From Desulfobacteraceae bacterium (GTDB lineage Bacteria > Desulfobacterota > Desulfobacteria > Desulfobacterales > JAABTS01), in contig JAABTS010000050.1 in assembly GCA_011389735.1 (NCBI GenBank), positions 1 to 35,618 of the forward strand: a stretch of DNA of 35,618 bases, written 5' to 3'. Position 1 is the first letter of the stretch. The number at the start of each line of letters is the position of its first letter. Shown here in pieces: positions 1 through 6,300 of the stretch. Below the pieces are notes generated by a model that saw nothing but the letters and a program-made list of their open reading frames with translations, ran no database searches and was not told the DNA's origin. A program made the position numbers and the translations under genes.

Positions 1-60
1 TTGAATCTGACCGGGAAGACCATCCGGGTTTCCATAGGCTATTTTTTTACGCCCGGTCAG
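1..60. repeat. GC-rich hairpin: near-perfect 14-15 bp inverted repeat (TTGAATCTGACCGGG ... CCCGGTCAGTTCAA) around a ~35-nt loop, immediately left of the AT-rich island
   Basis: Read directly: 5' arm at 1-15 and its reverse complement at 52-65. Composition matches the GC-rich host DNA, not the AT-rich island that follows. The window starts here, so the element may be truncated. Confidence 0.4.
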
Positions 61-81
61 TTCAATCCTTATGGGTTATCC

Positions 82-131
82 TTGATATTTATTCTTGACG
101 TTTAACTTGATATTTATTCTTGACGTTTAAC
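82..131 (+). repeat. Perfect tandem direct repeat, 2 x 25 bp (TTGATATTTATTCTTGACGTTTAAC), each carrying a TTGACG -35-like hexamer
   Basis: Copy 1 at 82-106 and copy 2 at 107-131 are identical. They lie directly upstream of the higB start at 155. Confidence 0.9.
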
Positions 132-148
132 GTTAAGCGTTATATGCT
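120..148 (+). promoter_or_regulatory. Putative sigma70-type higBA promoter: -35 TTGACG (120-125), 17-nt spacer, -10 TATGCT (143-148); 10-bp perfect palindrome TTAACGTTAA (127-136) in the spacer as candidate HigA/HigB operator
   Basis: Hexamers and spacing read from sequence. The palindrome sitting in the spacer is typical of autoregulated TA operons. The ATG at 155 is only 6 nt past the -10, so the mRNA would be leaderless or nearly so. Confidence 0.45.
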
Positions 149-154
149 TAAAAC

Positions 155-436
155 ATGATTCAGTCATTCAACGATAAAGAAACAGAAAAAATTTATAATA
201 GAATCTATTCTAAAAAATTTCCTGATGAGATTCAAAGAATAGCTTTTCGAAAATTAAGAATGATAAACCGGGCTCAAAATATAAATGACATTCGGGTTCC
301 ACCTTCAAACAGATTGGAGAAATTAAAAGGAAAACGAGAAGGTAAATACTCGATTCGAATAAACGATCAATGGAGAATATGCTTTGAGTGGCATGGAAAC
401 GATGCTTTCAAGGTTGAAATCATTGATTATCATTAG
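155..436 (+). CDS. higB: HigB-like toxin (RelE/ParE superfamily, 'plasmid maintenance system killer')
   Basis: 93 aa; ends ...RINDQWRICFEWHGNDAFKVEIIDYH, characteristic of HigB-family toxins. Followed after 8 nt by an HTH antitoxin, the canonical higB-higA order. Confidence 0.85.
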   Translation: MIQSFNDKETEKIYNRIYSKKFPDEIQRIAFRKLRMINRAQNINDIRVPPSNRLEKLKGKREGKYSIRINDQWRICFEWHGNDAFKVEIIDYH

Positions 437-444
437 GAGCAAAT

Positions 445-750
445 ATGAAAATGAATAAAATGGAACCATTACATCCGGGCGAGGTGCTTCGGGAAGAATT
501 TCTTAAGCCATTGGGATTAAGTCAGAACAAACTTGCCATGGATCTTCATGTACCAGCAAGAAGAATAAATGAAATTGTTTTAGGTCGAAGAGGAATTACC
601 GCAGATACCGCATTACGATTTGCCAGATATTTTAAAATGTCCCCTCAATTTTGGCTTGGACTTCAAATGGATTTTGAACTTGATTTAGCAAAAGATGCTA
701 ATGAAAAAAAAATAGAAGAAGAAATTCAACCAATGGCAGCGATAATCTGA
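445..750 (+). CDS. higA: HigA antitoxin (XRE-family HTH, addiction-module antidote protein)
   Basis: 101 aa; N-terminus MEPLHPGEVLREEFLKPLGLSQNKLAMDLHVPARRINEIVLGRRGITADTALRFARYF is the typical HigA HTH fold. Confidence 0.85.
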   Translation: MKMNKMEPLHPGEVLREEFLKPLGLSQNKLAMDLHVPARRINEIVLGRRGITADTALRFARYFKMSPQFWLGLQMDFELDLAKDANEKKIEEEIQPMAAII

Positions 751-882
751 AAGAGAGTATCTCAAATTTATTTACAACGTCTCCTTTGATAAGGCCGTGC
801 CATGCATTCTCGGATATCATTTTTGGGCTAATTTAAAATCAAATAATTAATCTTTTTTATCAATCATAGGAAGGGGCCGGCA

Positions 883-1206
883 ATGAAGGAATCTATTGTT
901 ATACAAATAGAAACATCTTTATTGGCCAAATTGACTGTGTTATCCCAAAAAGAAAAAATGAATTTATCGGGTTTGGTTTCTCTGGCTGTTCAACATTACA
1001 TCGACACACAAGAAAGCCCGAAAGCTGAGACAATTGATTTAAAAAATATCGAAATTCCTCCGGAAGGCATTTCACTTGAGAGGCTTCATATCAGATTAGT
1101 TGAAGAAGCCCTAAGATTAACTGATCATAACCAAACTTCAGCGGCAAATCTTTTAGGGATTACAAGGGCGAAATTCCGAATTTTGCAAAAAAAAATTGGA
1201 TCATAG
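883..1206 (+). CDS. Small DNA-binding protein: N-terminal ribbon-helix-helix-like segment plus C-terminal Fis-type HTH
   Basis: 107 aa; C-terminus EEALRLTDHNQTSAANLLGITRAKFRILQKKIG matches the Fis/NtrC-C-terminal HTH pattern. The N-terminus (IVIQIETSLLAKLTVL...MNLSGLVSLAVQHYI) looks like a beta-strand followed by two helices, i.e. RHH-like. RBS GGAAGGGG lies 8 nt upstream of the ATG. Confidence 0.6.
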   Translation: MKESIVIQIETSLLAKLTVLSQKEKMNLSGLVSLAVQHYIDTQESPKAETIDLKNIEIPPEGISLERLHIRLVEEALRLTDHNQTSAANLLGITRAKFRILQKKIGS

Positions 1207-1235
1207 TTGAAAAACATAATTGTGAAATTATCACC

Positions 1236-1844
1236 ATGGGTAAATTTACGCCTCCTACAATCACAACTGTTCGAGAACATATAGCATGGTCCTATGCGAA
1301 CTTAGCTCGCGCTGATGCAGCTCTAAAAGATGGCGCCAATAAATATAGAGTAGTTCATCATATGATTCGCGGCAAGCTTTTTAAGGGACTCAAGGAACAA
1401 ACAATGAGAATATCATCGCTATACCGTGATGAACGTTTAAAGATGACCGTTCCCCAGGCATGCTATTATTGTGGAAGTTACAAAAATCTATCGGTCGACC
1501 ATCTTATTCCAAAAATCAAAGGCGGCGCCGATGATTCTGATAACCTCATTTGGGCCTGTAGACCCTGTAATAGTTCTAAGCGTGACAAAGATATGCTGTC
1601 ATGGATGTTTAACAAAAAAATGTTTCCATCAATTTTATTATTGCGAAGATTTATCAAAATTGTAGCGCGATATTGTGATGAAAACGAATTACTGGATGAA
1701 AATTTGGAGGTCGCTTTAAAAAAATCACTGCCATTTGATTTGGCTATTTTACCATATAATTATCCACCATTAGAAAAAATGCGCCTTTGGATTCTTCCCG
1801 AATTCCAGGAATCCAAGGAATCTCAAGCACACAATCAATTTTAA
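1236..1844 (+). CDS. HNH endonuclease-domain protein (202 aa) with N- and C-terminal extensions
   Basis: Complete HNH zinc-finger motif: CYYCG-x7-LSVDHLIPKIKGG-x5-DNLIWACRPCNSSKRDKD (CxxC...H...N...H...CxxC). Starts 30 nt after the HTH gene, same strand. Confidence 0.85.
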   Translation: MGKFTPPTITTVREHIAWSYANLARADAALKDGANKYRVVHHMIRGKLFKGLKEQTMRISSLYRDERLKMTVPQACYYCGSYKNLSVDHLIPKIKGGADDSDNLIWACRPCNSSKRDKDMLSWMFNKKMFPSILLLRRFIKIVARYCDENELLDENLEVALKKSLPFDLAILPYNYPPLEKMRLWILPEFQESKESQAHNQF

Positions 1845-1852
1845 CCAATAAA

Positions 1853-1880
1853 TTCATCGGATGAAACCGATGGTTTTATT
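1853..1880 (+). terminator. Possible weak intrinsic terminator after the HNH gene (stem CATCGG/CCGATG followed by TTTTATT)
   Basis: 6-bp perfect stem with a 6-nt loop, directly followed by a T-rich run. The stem is short, so confidence is low. Confidence 0.3.
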
Positions 1881-1928
1881 ATTATCTGATGATTTCTATC
1901 GTTATTTTTTAGAAGGAGGCGACAATCA

Positions 1929-2048
1929 ATGAGCAAAAAAATGCTTAAAATGCGGATATCCGGGGCGGGTTTTTGTTATAAAGAACATAAATCAGTTATC
2001 ATCTTTATAACTGTGTGTACATTAATCTTTTTCCAAATCAGGTTTTAA
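1929..2048 (+). CDS. Possible small hydrophobic peptide (39 aa, MSKKMLKMRISGAGFCYKEHKSVIIFITVCTLIFFQIRF), not in the supplied ORF track
   Basis: Strong SD (GAAGGAGG) 9 nt upstream of the ATG at 1929. The C-terminal ~20 residues form a plausible TM helix. The 3' end overlaps the convergent zinc-ribbon gene. Confidence 0.2.
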   Translation: MSKKMLKMRISGAGFCYKEHKSVIIFITVCTLIFFQIRF

Positions 2049-3074
2049 CTCAATTGCTTTATCAATGATCATTTCTTCATCTATATAATCATCCATTTCA
2101 TCAGCATCATGTGACTTTTCAATATCGGCTACTAAAGCGTTATATGCTTTTCGAAATAATGCTGGAGACATCTTTTTTATATTTCGATCTTCCCTCAAAT
2201 CCTCTGATATACATTCGCTATACAAATCAAACAATTCTAACTCATTCGATTTTTCAACCTTTTTTTGTTTCTCATATTCAGAAATTGTTTCTTCCGCTTG
2301 CCCTGCTGTCAATCCTTTGGGTATTTGAATATTGAAGAATCTATAAAAATCTTTTTGTCCTTTTAAAGCGGGGCGATTATTTAGCTTTTTAACATTTTTT
2401 TCATCGGACAATAAATCTTGCGCCTTATATTTTGCCGTTGTACTATTTAACCCCTTCAATGATACTTTAAAAAACTTGAGGATATCCTCAAAGCGTTCAA
2501 TTTCATCGCAATTATGTAAGCCTATGAGATCTGACAACTGACCCTTTGTCATTTTCTGATCTGCTTTAATTCCAAGTTTTCTAGCATATTTAATCTGGCG
2601 GTCGGTAGAATTATCAAAAAACCAATGTGGGGCAATATCCGGCGTCTCATCAATCTCTTTCCATTTCTTTTTTAGATATTCTAAATCCTCATTGTATTTT
2701 TTTTCTTCTGATGTCTCCTCATCAAGATGCCTTCCTTTAGCCGATTTGGCTTGTAACGATTTTGGCTGGGTTTGGATTCCATTCTTCCCTTTAAATTCTT
2801 CTATGTTTTTTTCATCTTCACTGCTTTTTGATTTTATTTTCTGCTTAACCAAAATAACGCTTATTATTAAAAATATTATTCCAGCAAAAGGACTCACTTT
2901 TAATGAAATAGTAATGACACAAAATAACATAATAATAAAACCAACTATTATAATAATAATTGGTATTTCTTTTTCTTCTGGGAAATTATTGCCACACTTT
3001 GGGCACTTGTTTTTCGTTTTATAAACAACATCAGAGTTAGAAATTTCATTCTTACATTTTTTACAAATTGGCAT
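2022..3074 (-). CDS. Zinc-ribbon membrane protein (N-terminal CxxC-x17-CxxC, two TM helices, Lys/Glu-rich cytoplasmic domain with an internally duplicated motif); function unknown
   Basis: The ORF extends to 3155, but MPICKKCKNE...CPKCGNNF starts at the ATG at 3074, which is the more plausible start. The hydrophobic stretch IPIIIIIVGFIIMLFCVITISLKVSPFAGIIFLIISVILV is TM-like. The internal repeat RQIKYARKLGIKADQKMTKGQLSDLIG / FFNIQIPKGLTAGQAEETISEY is present. AT-rich like the rest of the island. Confidence 0.6.
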   Translation of the reverse strand: MPICKKCKNEISNSDVVYKTKNKCPKCGNNFPEEKEIPIIIIIVGFIIMLFCVITISLKVSPFAGIIFLIISVILVKQKIKSKSSEDEKNIEEFKGKNGIQTQPKSLQAKSAKGRHLDEETSEEKKYNEDLEYLKKKWKEIDETPDIAPHWFFDNSTDRQIKYARKLGIKADQKMTKGQLSDLIGLHNCDEIERFEDILKFFKVSLKGLNSTTAKYKAQDLLSDEKNVKKLNNRPALKGQKDFYRFFNIQIPKGLTAGQAEETISEYEKQKKVEKSNELELFDLYSECISEDLREDRNIKKMSPALFRKAYNALVADIEKSHDADEMDDYIDEEMIIDKAIELKPDLEKD

Positions 3075-3361
3075 TTTAGTTACCATCTTTTTGAGAATAA
3101 CAGTGAACCATATAGCAAAAAAATATATTCGCTTTGGCTTTTCCAGTAAACCCAATCCAAAAGAATAAAAAAAAGATCCTTATTACATATCATGTCATAT
3201 TTCCCCTTTTTTTTATCCAATATCTTTATCAATGTCAATTGCCGATACAAGTTTTTCAGCGATCTGGGATTGATCCGTGAGTTTTTACGTACGCGAGGTG
3301 ATACCGGGAAGGGTGCGACGTCCGGAGGAATTCCGGAAACATGATACTTAATTATTGACAC

Positions 3362-6300
3362 TCAATTAGGCTTCCCCCGAAGCAACCGCGCAATCCCGTC
3401 ATTCCCTTTCTTTTCAGCCCACATCAGGGCGGTCATTCCATTGTTGTCCAGCAGGTTCACGTTCGCCCCGCGCGCCAGCAGCACCTTGACCACATCCACG
3501 CGCCCTTTGGACGCCGCTATCATCAGGGCGGAGTAGCCGTCCCTGTCCACGGCGTCGATCATCGCGCCCTGATCCAGCAGAAAATCGACCACGTTCGGAT
3601 TGTTATGCACCGCCGCCGCCATCAGCGGAGTCGCTTTTTCAGGCGTCCTGGCGTTCACATCCCTGCCCGAACGGAGCAGTTCGCCGAGTTGTTCGATGTT
3701 TCCGTTTTTAATCGCCAGGTAAAAATCATTCTTGCGGCTTTTATGGATGGTTCGCAGGGTCGAAGGCGCAATCGGAGCGGAATTCTTGATCCGTTCCGCG
3801 TAATGCGGATCGACTCCCGCCGCCTGAACCGGAACCACGGAGATCGACTTGATTTCCTTCGCCAATCGATCGATCCTGGACAATGTTTCCTCGGAAAAGG
3901 AGACCATTGTTTGAACCGGCCCCGAAGACCTTTCTTCCCGATCATCTTCGCGAGTTTCAGAACCTCGCGCCTGATAAAACCGCATGAACTGATCCACCCC
4001 GGCCGACAGCGCTCCCCGTATCGACTCCAGCCCGTCCTGAAACGCCGACAACTGGGCCACCACATGCGTCACAGGATTGCTCTCGTCCATCCCCCTCAAC
4101 ATCTGGTTCTTTTGGAACGTCTTCTTTATCTCTTCCCATCGCTCCCGCTGCGTATCCGTCATCCAGCCCGTCAACTCCAAAAACTTGAGCATATTGGCCT
4201 CCGCCCCCGTGGTCAGGGTCTGGGCCTCGCTTTCGTAATGGGACAACAGCAGAGTTTTCAGCTCCGAGTCGTTCATGATCGGAACCAGCTTTTCCGTCAG
4301 CCGGTTCATGTTCCGGTAAGATCCCTGAAGCTTGAACGGAGGCTCCGTTCTGAATTCGTCGGCCATGCCCGCGGAACGGATATATTCCTTATTCACCTTC
4401 AGAATCACCTCCTGAACCGTGATCATCTTTTTCATGACCGACACCATCTCATCGATTTCTTCGCCTGAATAATTCCCCTCAAACTCGACCTCCTCACGGT
4501 CGCCGGTCTTCGCAATCCGGATAATCGAATACACGTCCGCCTGGCTTCGGCTCGACATTTTCCCCAGCACCGGATTGGAGGTCAGCGCGTTTTCAAGGTA
4601 GCTCATTTCGAAATCTTCCCGCGTATCCCCGATAATATCCCCCAGATTGTAAGTATCCGCCCGGTTCGCCAGCATATCCGGTATCTTGAACTTCTCCCCG
4701 CTCTCCGTGTAAGGATTTCCGGCCATCACCACGACCACTTTCTTGCCCCGAAGGTCATACGTCCGGCTTTTGCCTTTATAAACACCTTCAATTTTGCGCT
4801 GGGCGTCGCACAAAGAGATAAATTTTTGTAAGAATTCGGGGTTCAAATGCTGAATATCATCCAGATACAGCATGACATTGTCGCCCATCTCGAGGCAGAG
4901 GTTCAATTTTTGGATTTCTTCCCGGGCTGCGGCGTTGGATGCTTCCTTGGGATCGAGAGACGTGACCGTGTGTCCGATAGCCGGGCCGTTGATTTTCATG
5001 AAGATAACGCCGAGCCGGTTGGCCAGATATTCCATCAGGGTGGTTTTGCCGTATCCGGGAGGCGAAATCAGCAGGAGCATGCCCATGAGGTCGGTGCGTT
5101 TTCCTTCGCCCGCCACGCCGATCTGTTTCGCCAGATTGGCGCCGATCAGCGGCAGATACACTTTGTTTATCAGACGGTTCCGGACAAACGACGTCAAAAT
5201 CCGTGGCTTGAATTCATTCAGCCTCAAACCTTCCCTCATCTCATCGATCAGTTTCCGTTTCAAATCCTGATAACGGTTGTACAGAGGCAAGATCTCCGAT
5301 TCGAACCGGGCGGTTTTGTCCATAAACCGGTAATAATTCAAATGATAGCGCCCGTTTTGAATCACACGATGATCTCCCAGCATCCCGTCTGATTCACGGG
5401 TCATATCCACATCGGCCATATCTTTTTGAACCACTTCCGGCGGATCGAACACAAGAACCGAGGCTTCATCCAGATAATCCAACAGTTCTTCTCTTCCAAG
5501 AGACAGGATATAAGCCTCCATCCAGTCCCGGATCATTTCGAAAACGCTGAGCGGCGAACCGGCCAGTTTTTCCCGCGCGGTTTTGAATTTTTGCAGATAC
5601 AGGCCGGATTTCAAACTCACGGCGAACCCTTCGGACAGCTCGAACGCTTCCTTGCTGACCGAAAATCGCTCCGCCCCGGACGACAACTCCAAAAACAAAT
5701 ATGTCGCCGCATCCGGCGCCGATTCCACCGAAAACAGCCCGGTTCGACGAACGAATTCGTATATCCGGTCGGAAATCTCCGCAATATAACGGGCCTGTTC
5801 CCCCCTGGACGGAAAAATCCCGGATATCATCCCGAACGAACGCAGCTTTTCCAGCATGAGCGATTTTTCAGCCTGTTCTTCATCGGAAAATCCGAGCAGC
5901 ATGAACAATCCGGCCAGCGCCCGAACCCGCGGATGAAATCGCAACAGACCGATTTTGACGTGGATATCGGCCAGCGCCTGCACGATCTTTGCGCAGTCAT
6001 GGTCGTGAACGCCCTTGGAATAGCCTTCGGCATATCTCGGGCCCATGAACCGGCGAACCATGCCCTGAAGCTCTTCTTCGGACGCCTCCGCGAATTCGCT
6101 GATCGCCGAATCTCCACGGCTTTCAGCGTCTTTCAGCATTCGCAACGCCAGAAATTCGCCCCGGTAAACGTCCTCGTTCTCCGACGGAACCTCCATACCC
6201 CACACGCTCCGGGTCTTTATGAACTCAGGATGATCTATCGTTTCGAAAAAATCGGTTCCGGCCAGATGGAAAACCTGCTCGCCGTCCCGCTGTACGATCG

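Noticed and set aside
1471-1665. 64-aa ORF in an alternate frame inside the HNH gene
   Set aside because: Fully nested in a gene with an intact HNH motif, with no independent signals.
3080-3361. 93-aa minus-strand ORF between the giant gene and the zinc-ribbon gene
   Set aside because: It overlaps the probable 5' end of the zinc-ribbon gene in another frame and has no motif or SD. The region is better explained as intergenic/promoter DNA.
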